Below, in pieces: positions 1 through 9,336 of a stretch of 64,000 nt of DNA. The stretch is from Bacteroidetes bacterium UBA7662. Its GTDB lineage: Bacteria; Bacteroidota; Bacteroidia; UBA7662. The stretch lies in assembly GCA_002483345.1 (NCBI GenBank), contig DLHS01000003.1, positions 8,959-72,958 of the forward strand, written 5' to 3'. The notes beneath the pieces were generated by a model, which saw only the letters and a program-made list of their open reading frames with translations, did not search any database and had not been told where the DNA came from. The number at the start of each line of letters is the position of its first letter. Position 1 is the first letter of the stretch. The position numbers were made by a program, and so were the translations under genes.

Positions 1-1
1 C

Positions 2-1288
2 GGTTGTCTCGATAGCTCCGTCATCATTACCATTCAGCATTTTCCTGAACCCTCAATAAGCATACTCACCAACGATCCCACTTCCCGTTGTGCAGGTGAA
101 ACAGTTACCTTACGCTCCAACAGTCCTGACGGGAACCTGACCTACCAATGGATGCGGAATGGCAATCCGGTCACTGCTGCCGTTGGCAATGATTTCATCG
201 CGCTGCTTAGTGGTAATTATCAGGTGGTGGTCACCAACCTCCAGGGCTGTAGCGATACTTCCAATATCATTCAGGTTAATATACTTAACCGACCGTCAGC
301 TGCTGCCATCAGGCCCGGGCCTTTTGACTTGTGCGAAGGAGATCCCTTGCTGCTGGAGCTACCAAACCAGGCCAACGTAAATTACCAATGGTTCCTCAAC
401 AACAACCCAATTGCCGGTGCTATTACCCACCAGCTAAACGTTACACAGAGCGGCACCTACAGTTGTGCGGCCACACATCAGAACGGCTGCGGAGAGCTTA
501 GTCAGGATATTTTCGTGCAATTCAGGGTACGCCCTCCGGGCGCGCAACCACAGGCCAATGGACCGGTTTGTTTTGGAGATGTTATCGCCTTATCAGCCAA
601 TCCTGTTCCCAATGCCAGCTGTTCCTGGCGCGGACCTGCAAATTTCAGTGCCATCCAAACCAATGTGGTAATTAACAACGCTTCACCTGTAAATAGCGGC
701 TGGTACTACTGTCATGCTGTGCTGAATGGCTGTAGCAGCGTGGTTGACTCCGTTTTTGTACATGTTGAACCGGCCATCCCACAGTTTACCATTCGGGGTA
801 AAACAAGACTATGTACAGGTTATACCCTCGAACTGGAGGTTGACTCTTTCGCAGGTGCGGTTTACAACTGGACCAGCACCAATGGCTTGCAAGCCACGGG
901 GAAACGTATTGAACTTGAAAATGTATGGCTCAGCGACAGCGGCACCTATAGCCTTGACCTTACGGTAAACGGTTGCCCTGCTCCTCCTAAAAGTGTCAGA
1001 GTCACTGTAAACGACCATTCCTTTTATTTCCCCACCGCTTTCACACCCAATGGTGACGGCCTGAACGAAGTTTTCAAACCTGCCACCTTTTACGAAGGCC
1101 CTTACGATATCCGCATCTACGATCGTTGGGGTGCGTTGGTATTTAAATCAGATGACCCGAAAATCCCCTGGGATGGCACTGTATTCGGGGGCCCCGGGGA
1201 TGCCGGTGCCTACAATTATGTGCTTCATTTTGAAGGTTGTGTTAGAGAAAGCGAATACCTGAGTGGAACAGTATTGCTGCTGAGATAG
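2..1288 (+). CDS. Large secreted Ig/PKD-repeat protein with gliding-motility-associated (T9SS type B) C-terminal domain, 5'-truncated by the window edge
   Basis: Frame is open from base 2 into the listed ORF at 152. Repeated Ig-like units (YQW..NG, SGxYxV/C) and C-terminal FPTAFTPNGDGLNEVF...IYDRWG...WDG...GTVLLLR signature. Confidence 0.88.
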   Translation, partial: GCLDSSVIITIQHFPEPSISILTNDPTSRCAGETVTLRSNSPDGNLTYQWMRNGNPVTAAVGNDFIALLSGNYQVVVTNLQGCSDTSNIIQVNILNRPSAAAIRPGPFDLCEGDPLLLELPNQANVNYQWFLNNNPIAGAITHQLNVTQSGTYSCAATHQNGCGELSQDIFVQFRVRPPGAQPQANGPVCFGDVIALSANPVPNASCSWRGPANFSAIQTNVVINNASPVNSGWYYCHAVLNGCSSVVDSVFVHVEPAIPQFTIRGKTRLCTGYTLELEVDSFAGAVYNWTSTNGLQATGKRIELENVWLSDSGTYSLDLTVNGCPAPPKSVRVTVNDHSFYFPTAFTPNGDGLNEVFKPATFYEGPYDIRIYDRWGALVFKSDDPKIPWDGTVFGGPGDAGAYNYVLHFEGCVRESEYLSGTVLLLR

Positions 1289-1433
1289 ACGATTATCCAT
1301 AGCCGACCAGGTGTAGTGTAGTTTGCTACCGCCGTCCCCTTTCACCGGATGGCGCGTGTTCCAAGCACGCTCATTCCTCCAGGTTAAACCACAAAAGAAC
1401 TAAACACAAAGAAAGAACAGACCTCCTCATTTC

Positions 1434-1514
1434 TCTCTCCTCTCTCCTCTCTCCTCTCTCCTCTCTCCTCTCGTTTCTTACCTCTCGTTTCTCGCATCTC
1501 GCATCTCGATATCT
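1434..1514. repeat. Heptamer array (11 units, TCTCnnn-type) ending in TCTCGATATCT
   Basis: 5x tctctcc, then tctcgtt, tcttacc, tctcgtt, tctcgca x2, tctcgat, atct. Confidence 0.92.
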
Positions 1515-1518
1515 AAAC

Positions 1519-1545
1519 AAAAAAAGGCCACCCGAGGGCAGCCTT
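1519..1545 (-). terminator. Rho-independent terminator of the secG operon
   Basis: Stem aaggccaccc/gggcagcctt (G-U pairs on the minus strand) followed by a T7 tract on the minus strand. Confidence 0.75.
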
Positions 1546-1566
1546 AACAAAATCAAGATTGTTGTA

Positions 1567-1938
1567 TCAGTTAGCAGGAGCAGGTTCAGCCTGTACCGGC
1601 TGTTCAGCAGCAGGAGCAGCCTGTTGCTGTGGCTGTTGACCATTCGGGAGATTGTTAACAGGAGCTTGTTCTGCCTGCTCTTTAAGGGCAGAAGCAGGAA
1701 CAGCACCCTCTTCACCGCGTGGAATCCACACATTGATGAGTAAGGTAAGTATTAACAGACCAAGGCTGAGTATCCAGGTAGTTTTTTCAACCACATCGGT
1801 CGTGCGCTTTACGCCCATTACCTGATTGGAACCACTGAAATTGGCTGCGAGTCCGCCTCCTTTCGGCTTTTGAACCAGTACTACTAAAATGATCAGCACA
1901 CAAACAATGGCGATCAGGATGGTGATGAATGTATACAT
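1567..1938 (-). CDS. secG: Preprotein translocase subunit SecG
   Basis: Two TM helices, LVQKPKGGGL motif, VEKTTW; usual Bacteroidota context. Confidence 0.95.
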   Translation of the reverse strand: MYTFITILIAIVCVLIILVVLVQKPKGGGLAANFSGSNQVMGVKRTTDVVEKTTWILSLGLLILTLLINVWIPRGEEGAVPASALKEQAEQAPVNNLPNGQQPQQQAAPAAEQPVQAEPAPAN

Positions 1939-1946
1939 CTTATAAA

Positions 1947-3101
1947 TCAGTTATTCAGTTTTGCTTTTGTATTTGCAACAAGACCGGCAAAGTAAGTCAT
2001 TCTATCCGGAAATTTCAACATCAATTTCTGATAGATTCTCAGTGCCTTTTTATAATCCTTCTGGCTTTCATAGATTCCTGCCAGGGTTTCAGAAGCCGGC
2101 AACTCTTCGTCGGAGATACTTTCATAGGCCAAACGACGTATTTCTGCTTCTATTTCTTTATCTCGGCCTACCTCTGTATCATGGTTGATGATGGCTTTCA
2201 AATCATTTCTAAGCTCTTCCATGGTTGCTGGTTCTGCCTGTAACAGATCCCCTGACATATGCTCCAGATAAAGTTCCTCCAAAACATCGTCTGGCTGCTC
2301 CCGCAAGGGCTTACCGGCATAAAAACGGAACCAGCTTAGCCTGTCATGCGCCGTTTGCAGAAATGTATCCGTGTCGGCCGGCGATGTTACCACCTCTGTC
2401 TCAGAAACAACCTTTTCCCCGACAATCTCAGGTTGGATTTCCCCAAGGCGATCTTCCCCGGCGCCGGTAGCCTGATCTGACTCCGGTAACATATTTGCTG
2501 CAGACCCGGCTTCAGCCAACCCGGATATTACCCCGGTTTCAGGCTCATTTCCCGCCGCAGCTGCGCCTATATCTTCAGTTTCCATCTCCTCCACCTCAGG
2601 AGCCTCCGAGGGTAGACGGAGGGGTTCGAATCCCGGCTTTTCGGGGAGGATGGCAGATTCCTTCGCGGGATTGTTTTCCGGTTCCCAAAAAGTCTCCGCT
2701 GTCATTTCAGATTCAGCCGGTGTTTCTTCCGCCAGGGTTTCCGGCTCGGAAAGGGAATTCTGCCCTTGGTTAAAGCTGAAATTAACCCCTGTTGCTTCCC
2801 CGGTATCCCTGGTAGCAGCTGTCTCTGGTTGTTCATCCGGATGGGTTGACAGGGTAAGCAATTGCTGCAGCTCTTCATGCAAAGCGAGGGTCAGGTGTTG
2901 CTGATCCGGTGCATAAACGGCCGTTTTTTGCAACTGCCTGTTGAAACGGCTGCTATTCTGGCTTTTGTACTTTAAGGTGAGCAGCCATTGTGCTGTCGTA
3001 AAGTAAGGGTATTCCTTAACCAGTTCTTCCAGATCCTGGGTTTCATCTTCACGCAGCAATTCGGGCTGACGGGTAAAGGCAAGCAGTCGGTCTATCTTCA
3101 T
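1947..3101 (-). CDS. Conserved protein with long acidic linker and C-terminal TPR-like helix pair
   Basis: N-terminal YPYF motif, acidic low-complexity middle, C-terminal SETLAGIYESQKDYKKALRIYQKLMLKFP; sits between lptE-like gene and secG. Confidence 0.75.
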   Translation of the reverse strand: MKIDRLLAFTRQPELLREDETQDLEELVKEYPYFTTAQWLLTLKYKSQNSSRFNRQLQKTAVYAPDQQHLTLALHEELQQLLTLSTHPDEQPETAATRDTGEATGVNFSFNQGQNSLSEPETLAEETPAESEMTAETFWEPENNPAKESAILPEKPGFEPLRLPSEAPEVEEMETEDIGAAAAGNEPETGVISGLAEAGSAANMLPESDQATGAGEDRLGEIQPEIVGEKVVSETEVVTSPADTDTFLQTAHDRLSWFRFYAGKPLREQPDDVLEELYLEHMSGDLLQAEPATMEELRNDLKAIINHDTEVGRDKEIEAEIRRLAYESISDEELPASETLAGIYESQKDYKKALRIYQKLMLKFPDRMTYFAGLVANTKAKLNN

Positions 3102-3610
3102 TACCAGTTCACAAATGCTTTGTTGAAAATATCGTCAACCAGTTGGGTTACAATCTCCTGAATCAGCTGGTCTTCCACAGTGCTTAAGTCCGCGTTGGCA
3201 GGAAAATCGGCATAACGCCTGAAAACTGTCTCAAAATCCTGCTTGGGGTCTATTTTATTGGCATAAATCACTTTAACCCCTATAGTCAGGCGGTTGATGG
3301 TGGTTTGTTCAGCCCCGGAAACAGCTGCAGGTGCAACATTGTACTCTTGTATGTTTCCTTCAAAAATGAGATCTCCTTCTGAATCGATAAGCTGCAAACC
3401 TGTTTCTGCCAGAAACTTGCTGCGTACCCGGTCGCTTAAAACCTGTGCCAGGGTGGGCGCTACGACCGGAGCAGTATTCTCAAACTGGATGATGGTCATT
3501 GTTTTTGCTTCAGGCGGAATGGAGGCGCCACTGAACGAATAAATACCACATCCCTGTACTGCAGGTAATAATAGCAACAGCAGTAAACCAGTTTTATACT
3601 TCGATGTCAT
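3101..3610 (-). CDS. lptE: LptE-family LPS assembly lipoprotein
   Basis: Lipoprotein signal (VQG-C) then GIYSFSGASI...; ends DIFNKAFVNW. Start moved to ATG at 3610. Confidence 0.82.
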   Translation of the reverse strand: MTSKYKTGLLLLLLLPAVQGCGIYSFSGASIPPEAKTMTIIQFENTAPVVAPTLAQVLSDRVRSKFLAETGLQLIDSEGDLIFEGNIQEYNVAPAAVSGAEQTTINRLTIGVKVIYANKIDPKQDFETVFRRYADFPANADLSTVEDQLIQEIVTQLVDDIFNKAFVNW

Positions 3611-4847
3611 ATTCCTTGATCTTGCGGTACAAAGTACGTTCACTGATTCCTAACTCAACGGCAGCATTTTTACGCCGGCCCTGGTGCTTTTTCAAGGCAC
3701 GCAATATCATGCGTTTCTCTACTTCCTCCAGCGATAAATTTTCTTCAATATCCTCCACATCATCGCGGTGATCAAACTTACTCCGAACCTCCGTATAACC
3801 ATTGGCACCCCCCATGATATTAGTGGGTACTGCCGGCTGAGAACGGGATTCTTCTGAAGGGGGGCTATGCATCAGTTGCTCCAGATAAACCTGATCTGCA
3901 GGTGAAAAATGGAGGTCATCCTGCGACTGTACCATGTGGCTGACTACCTTCTTCAGTTCATTCAGGTCTCTTTTCATATCGAAAAGTACCTTGTAAAGTA
4001 TTTCCCTTTCGTTCAGATCCTCGGTACTGCCGTTCTGCGTGACCATTGGCAAGCCGCTGTTTCTGTTCAGTAAGGGCAGGTATTTAAGCGCTTCCTCTCC
4101 TTCAACCAAACGATAAGGTGCCAATACGGAAATTTGCTCTGCAACATTTTTCAGTTGCCGGATATTACCCGGCCAGGGGTAATTACGCAGATAATTGATC
4201 GCTACCTCATCCAGCTGGATTGGTTGACTGGCGTACTTCTCGGCAAAATCAATCGAAAATTTGCGAAAAAGCAGCGGAATATCCTCCGGCCTTTCCCGCA
4301 GCGGGGGTATGTGAATAGATACCGTATTCATCCGGTAATACAAATCTTCACGGAATTTGTTCTTCCCGATTTGTTCAGCCAGATCCACATTGGAAGCGGC
4401 GATAACCCGAACATCGGTTTTCTGAACCTTGGAAGATCCTACTTTGATAAATTCTCCGGTTTCCAAAACCCGTAACAACCGCGCCTGCGTACCTAAAGGC
4501 ATTTCCGCAACTTCATCCAGAAAGATGGTGCCTCCGTTTACAGTCTCAAAATAACCCTGACGAGCCTCGAAAGCACCTGTAAAAGAGCCCTTTTCATGTC
4601 CGAAAAGCTCTGAATCGATGGTGCCTTCCGGAATGGCACCGCAGTTCACAGCTATAAACTTGCCATGTTTGCGGTTGCTGAGCTGATGTAAAATCTTTGA
4701 AAAAACCTCTTTCCCTACCCCGCTTTCACCACTTATAAGTACCGAAACATCTGTTGCAGCAACTTGCACGGCTATTTTGAGGGCATGATTCAGCGAAGGG
4801 CTGTTGCCTATGATGCCAAAACGCTGCTTTACACTTTGCAAATCCAT
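3594..4847 (-). CDS. Sigma-54-interacting AAA+ transcriptional regulator with Fis-type HTH and no sensor domain
   Basis: Walker A GESGVGKE, ELFGHEKGSFTGA, FLDEV, WPGNIRQL, C-terminal AAVELGISERTLYRKIKEY. Confidence 0.93.
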   Translation of the reverse strand: MDLQSVKQRFGIIGNSPSLNHALKIAVQVAATDVSVLISGESGVGKEVFSKILHQLSNRKHGKFIAVNCGAIPEGTIDSELFGHEKGSFTGAFEARQGYFETVNGGTIFLDEVAEMPLGTQARLLRVLETGEFIKVGSSKVQKTDVRVIAASNVDLAEQIGKNKFREDLYYRMNTVSIHIPPLRERPEDIPLLFRKFSIDFAEKYASQPIQLDEVAINYLRNYPWPGNIRQLKNVAEQISVLAPYRLVEGEEALKYLPLLNRNSGLPMVTQNGSTEDLNEREILYKVLFDMKRDLNELKKVVSHMVQSQDDLHFSPADQVYLEQLMHSPPSEESRSQPAVPTNIMGGANGYTEVRSKFDHRDDVEDIEENLSLEEVEKRMILRALKKHQGRRKNAAVELGISERTLYRKIKEYDIEV

Positions 4848-4850
4848 GAC

Positions 4851-5624
4851 CTAAACTTTGGGTTCAGAAAGTTCAATCACCGACATCCAGGCATAACGTC
4901 TGAGTATCGGAAAAACACGGAAAAGGAAGGCATCAACCCTATCCAGTAACGCCAGAACGGGCTTAAAGAGAGGCGTATGGCGGAACATGACCGCAGCAAT
5001 GGAAAGCATGTGGTAGTAACGCACTTTCACCTGACCAAAGTACCGTCGGGCGAGTCGTATGTCTGCAATCTTCAGGGGGTGTTCATCTTCCGTCCGGAGT
5101 TTGGGGGTAAGCCACCTGTAAAGGTTGATGATGGGATTATGTCCCAGAGGCTCAATAAAAACTGCTTTCCCGCCAGGTTTCAGACAGCGGACAATCTCCT
5201 GATAGGCTTTGTGAAGTTCCAGGTGATGGATGATGGCCGACCCGATGATACGGTCGAAATACCGGTCGGGGAATTCGAGGGCCTCTGCATTCATGACCTT
5301 AAATTCTGGCTGAACCCCTAATCTGACAGCCTCCTCTGCAGCGAGTTTAATAGCTACATCGCTGATGTCGATACCGGTTATGCGGGCACCCATGCCAGCC
5401 AGGGCAAAGGCCTGACTTCCGGGGCCACAGCCATATTCAAGCATCCGTTTGCCCTCACAAGTGTCGGCAATGGCCTGGTGATAATGTGCCCGGCTTTGGG
5501 CGATGGTTTCGTAATACTTATCAACCGACTTGCGCAAATCCTCCGCAAAAGCCTTGTTATGGTATTCCTTCTCACGTTCAAGTCGTGCCGCTGTTTCCAG
5601 ATCGGGACTGATAGGCTGACTCAT
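4851..5624 (-). CDS. Class I SAM-dependent methyltransferase
   Basis: MLEYGCGPG motif I, GIDIS, NAEAL-FPD, LKPGG. Confidence 0.88.
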   Translation of the reverse strand: MSQPISPDLETAARLEREKEYHNKAFAEDLRKSVDKYYETIAQSRAHYHQAIADTCEGKRMLEYGCGPGSQAFALAGMGARITGIDISDVAIKLAAEEAVRLGVQPEFKVMNAEALEFPDRYFDRIIGSAIIHHLELHKAYQEIVRCLKPGGKAVFIEPLGHNPIINLYRWLTPKLRTEDEHPLKIADIRLARRYFGQVKVRYYHMLSIAAVMFRHTPLFKPVLALLDRVDAFLFRVFPILRRYAWMSVIELSEPKV

Positions 5625-7051
5625 GCTTCTTTCACAATTTCACCCAGTAAGGTAGCCTGGGTACAGCTTACTACCTTTACATATACGTAATCACCCCGCT
5701 GTACCCCTTGTCTCGGGAACACCATCATTTTGTTCTGGCTGTTCCGTCCACAATAAAAATCTTCTGATTTGCGGGAAGGGCCTTCAACCAGTACTTTAAA
5801 GGTTTTACCCAGATCTGCTTCATTGCTCAGCAAACTTTGCTGGTTCTGTAGTTGTATGATTTCCTGTAAGCGGCGGCTTTTTACTTCTTCCGGAATATCA
5901 TCTACGAACTTGCGGGCAGCGAGTGTTCCCGGACGTTCTGAATATTTGAACATAAAGGCGAAGGTGTATTTCCCGAAGGCTATCATGCTCAGGGTGTCCT
6001 GATGCTGTTGTTCCGTTTCTCCACAGAAACCGGCAATGATGTCGGTTGTAATGGAACAATCAGGCAAAATACGCCGGATGGCCTCCACCCTGCCTATGTA
6101 CCAGTCGCGGTCGTAGGTGCGGTTCATACGTTCAAGGACAACGCTGTTGCCTGACTGTACCGGCAGGTGAATGTTTTTGCAGATATTATCGTAGGCTGCC
6201 ATGGTATGCAACACTTCGTCAGTGATGTCTTTCGGATGGGAGGTGGAAAAACGAACCCTTAATTGAGGATCAATTTGTGCTACGAGTTCCAGCAAACGGG
6301 CAAAATTCACTTTTTCGCTGCCGTCTTCAGATGTCCAGTGGAATGAATCCACATTCTGCCCGAGCAGGGTGACTTCCTTGTAGTCGTTTTCAAAAAGCTG
6401 GCGACATTCCTGCACTATGGTATGAGGGTCTCTGCTTCTTTCTCTGCCCCTGGTAAATGGCACCACACAGAAAGAGCACATATTGTCACAGCCCCGCATG
6501 ATGGTTACAAACGCCAGCACACCATTTCCACCCAGGCGAACCGGGGTGATGTCGGCATAGGTTTCTTCCCTGCTAAGCAATACGTTGACGGCTTTGGAAC
6601 CGCTGTCGACTTGTTCCAGAAGGTTGGGGAGATCCTTGTAAGCATCAGGCCCTACTACCAGATCGACCAGTTTTTCCTGTTCGAGCAGTTTGGATTTCAG
6701 GCGCTCTGCCATGCAGCCCAATACGCCTACTACCAGCTCGGGTTTATTTTTTTTATGCTGACGGAAAACCTGCAACCTGCCGCGGACTTTCTGCTCCGCG
6801 TTATCACGGATAGAACAAGTATTGATAAATACCACATCCGCTTCTTCCAGCGCCGCTGTGGGTACATAACCATTTTCCGACATGATGGAGGCTACAATCT
6901 CGCTGTCAGAGAAATTCATCTGACAGCCATAGCTCTCCAGGTACATTTTCTTCAGGCCGGGTGCTGCGGGAATGTCCAGCACAAATGCCTCACCCTGCCG
7001 GCCTTCATCCTGCACTTTTTCGAACACATTGCCTGAAAAAGGATTCGCCAT
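5621..7051 (-). CDS. miaB: tRNA-2-methylthio-N6-dimethylallyladenosine synthase MiaB
   Basis: SYGCQMN, NTCSIR, radical-SAM [10 protein letters not shown]-terminal TRAM domain. Start at ATG 7051, downstream of a TAnnTTTG promoter. Confidence 0.96.
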   Translation of the reverse strand: MANPFSGNVFEKVQDEGRQGEAFVLDIPAAPGLKKMYLESYGCQMNFSDSEIVASIMSENGYVPTAALEEADVVFINTCSIRDNAEQKVRGRLQVFRQHKKNKPELVVGVLGCMAERLKSKLLEQEKLVDLVVGPDAYKDLPNLLEQVDSGSKAVNVLLSREETYADITPVRLGGNGVLAFVTIMRGCDNMCSFCVVPFTRGRERSRDPHTIVQECRQLFENDYKEVTLLGQNVDSFHWTSEDGSEKVNFARLLELVAQIDPQLRVRFSTSHPKDITDEVLHTMAAYDNICKNIHLPVQSGNSVVLERMNRTYDRDWYIGRVEAIRRILPDCSITTDIIAGFCGETEQQHQDTLSMIAFGKYTFAFMFKYSERPGTLAARKFVDDIPEEVKSRRLQEIIQLQNQQSLLSNEADLGKTFKVLVEGPSRKSEDFYCGRNSQNKMMVFPRQGVQRGDYVYVKVVSCTQATLLGEIVKEA

Positions 7052-7069
7052 CTTGTTTTTTAATTTGTG

Positions 7070-7077
7070 CAAAAATA
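7070..7077 (-). promoter_or_regulatory. Bacteroidota -7 promoter element for miaB
   Basis: TATTTTTG on the minus strand, 18 nt upstream of the ATG; matches TAnnTTTG. Confidence 0.65.
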
Positions 7078-7205
7078 CGAAAAAAGCACCATCAACCATG
7101 ACAGTTTGTCAGCCCTGTCAGTTAATCCTGAAAATTATCTTTACTTAACTGCGCATAACAGAAAGACAATCTTTAAATTAGAGTTTAAATCCAAAATCAA
7201 ACTGC

Positions 7206-9200
7206 ATGAAAAAAATACTACTTATGGCTTGTTTGCTGGTAGGAGCCTCTTTGGCTGCCACAGCACAAACGGGTTACTACATGGTCCCACACCTTTACGG
7301 ACCGGGCAACCCTGGTGGATATAACACAGACGATGAATACCCCAGTGGTGGTGGTATGGTCGCAGGCTGGAGCACTCTTGCTGGTGGTACTGCCACTACA
7401 CCGAGCTGGTCGGGTGTTCAGAATTTGCCATTTTTATTTGAATTTAATGGAACTGCTGTCTTTCAATTCAAAGTGAGCACAGCCGGAGTTCTTACCTTCG
7501 ATGTTGCTTCTACTGTAAATCCTGCTTACGGTAATGTTACTTTGCCTAGTGCCAACATTCCGGATCAGTCTATCGTAGTACTTGGTTCAGATGCATCAGG
7601 TGCCAACGACTTTGTAGTGACCAAAACATTCGGTCCTGCCGGTCATCAGCAAATGTGGATTCAGTTCAATTCTTACACTGTAATCGGCCAGCCTACTTGT
7701 TGGTCGTACTGGGCCATTGTGCTTGAAGAAGGTTCCAATAACATTTACATCGTTGACCAACGTTATGCATGTGCTACTACTACCTCTTTTTCAGTAGGTG
7801 TACAAATTGACGGTTCTACAGCAGTTGCTCCAAGTGCATTGGTTAATGCTTTGGGTGGTACAGATGCCGGTGCTGCTTCCAATAACTATTATGCATTCCT
7901 TCCGGGCACCCGTCCGGCACTGGGCCTGAAAATGGCTACCATTGATCTTCAGGGATTTGCTTATATCAATGCCAGTACTACCCTTTCCGGTCGTGTGGTC
8001 AATACCGGTACCACTGCTATCACCTCAGCAACCATCAACTATAAAGTTGGTACTGCCGCTACTGTTTCCAGCAATCTGACAGGTCTCAACCTTGCGTCGA
8101 ATGCCATGGCACCTGTTACCCATCCAACAGCATGGACTGCTACCTCAGCGGGTACTTTTAATGTCAAAATGTGGTTGTCTAACATCAACGGTGGTGGCAC
8201 CAACTCTGACACCGTGAGCAAAGATGTGGCGGTTATTTCTTCGGTAATCAGCAATCTGGCTGTTTTCGAACACTTCACCAATGCCTCTTGTGCCCCTTGT
8301 GCTGCACAGAACCCGGCTTTCACAGCCATGCTGAACAACAACAAGACCAAAGCAACCAGCATCAAACACCACGTTAGCTGGCCGGGTGTTGACCCCATGT
8401 ATTCTGCCAATACCACCGATCCAACAGCACGTGTTACTTACTACGGTGTAGGCGGTGTTCCTGAAGTTCACATCGGAACCGTATCGACCGGCCCTACCGG
8501 CGTTACCCAAAACATGATCGACCAGCAGTACAACAACCTGCTCGATGCGTGGAATTACACCCTGGAAACCTCTATCACCGGTCAAAACCTGGCGATTACA
8601 GGTAATGTGGTTGCTAACCGTACCCTCACACAAACCGACCATGTACTGCATGTTGCCGTTGTAGAAGACCCTATTAACTATGCAACTGCCCCCGGTACCA
8701 ATGGTGAAAAAGATTTTGAATCTGTTCTGCGTAAACTGTTGCCTTCAGCAGCAGGTACTACCCTCGGTGCCGGTGCCACCGCTACTCCGGTAACCCTGAA
8801 CTATACCTTGCCTGCCAACTTCAACAAAGACAGAATATTCGTCGTTGTATTTGTACAGTCAGCCGGTTCTAAAATTGTATACAAAGGAGCTAAAATCAAA
8901 GCTGGTGCATCCCTTGCAACCACTACTCAGGTACTGGATGCCAACCGCAACAGCAGCAGTGTTTATCCTAATCCGGTTGCTGACATGGCACAACTCAACA
9001 TTGAGTTGAAACAAACTTCAAAAGTACGTATGGAAGTCAAAAACCTCCTCGGACAAACCATGAAGTCTGTTGATCTGGGCACTATGGAAGCCGGCGTTCA
9101 TCAGCAAATTGCTGATCTCAACGAGCTTACCGGAGGCATGTATCTGCTCCAGCTGCAAATTGGTAATGAAGTGCATACGCACCGTATCATCAAGCAGTAA
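7206..9200 (+). CDS. Omp28-related thioredoxin-like protein with T9SS type A sorting domain
   Basis: Signal peptide, EHFTNASCAPC (CxxC), YYGVGGVP, NGEKDFESVLRKLLP, C-terminal VYPNPV...GMYLLQL. Confidence 0.82.
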   Translation: MKKILLMACLLVGASLAATAQTGYYMVPHLYGPGNPGGYNTDDEYPSGGGMVAGWSTLAGGTATTPSWSGVQNLPFLFEFNGTAVFQFKVSTAGVLTFDVASTVNPAYGNVTLPSANIPDQSIVVLGSDASGANDFVVTKTFGPAGHQQMWIQFNSYTVIGQPTCWSYWAIVLEEGSNNIYIVDQRYACATTTSFSVGVQIDGSTAVAPSALVNALGGTDAGAASNNYYAFLPGTRPALGLKMATIDLQGFAYINASTTLSGRVVNTGTTAITSATINYKVGTAATVSSNLTGLNLASNAMAPVTHPTAWTATSAGTFNVKMWLSNINGGGTNSDTVSKDVAVISSVISNLAVFEHFTNASCAPCAAQNPAFTAMLNNNKTKATSIKHHVSWPGVDPMYSANTTDPTARVTYYGVGGVPEVHIGTVSTGPTGVTQNMIDQQYNNLLDAWNYTLETSITGQNLAITGNVVANRTLTQTDHVLHVAVVEDPINYATAPGTNGEKDFESVLRKLLPSAAGTTLGAGATATPVTLNYTLPANFNKDRIFVVVFVQSAGSKIVYKGAKIKAGASLATTTQVLDANRNSSSVYPNPVADMAQLNIELKQTSKVRMEVKNLLGQTMKSVDLGTMEAGVHQQIADLNELTGGMYLLQLQIGNEVHTHRIIKQ

Positions 9201-9219
9201 TTTTTAAAGTTTTTCTTCC

Positions 9220-9250
9220 AGCCCGTCTGTTTATGCAGACGGGCTTTTTT
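9220..9250 (+). terminator. Rho-independent terminator
   Basis: agcccgtctg/cagacgggct stem plus T tract. Confidence 0.85.
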
Positions 9251-9336
9251 GTTTTACGGGTGAGATTTATTGATTCTTTTCTCCAAAAACTTGGTTAAAA
9301 GATGCTTGTTGCTGAACTTAGAAAACTACTAATGCT

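Noticed and set aside
1371-1733. 120-aa ORF with an R/E-rich tail
   Set aside because: Overlaps secG out of frame; the tail is translated heptamer repeat.
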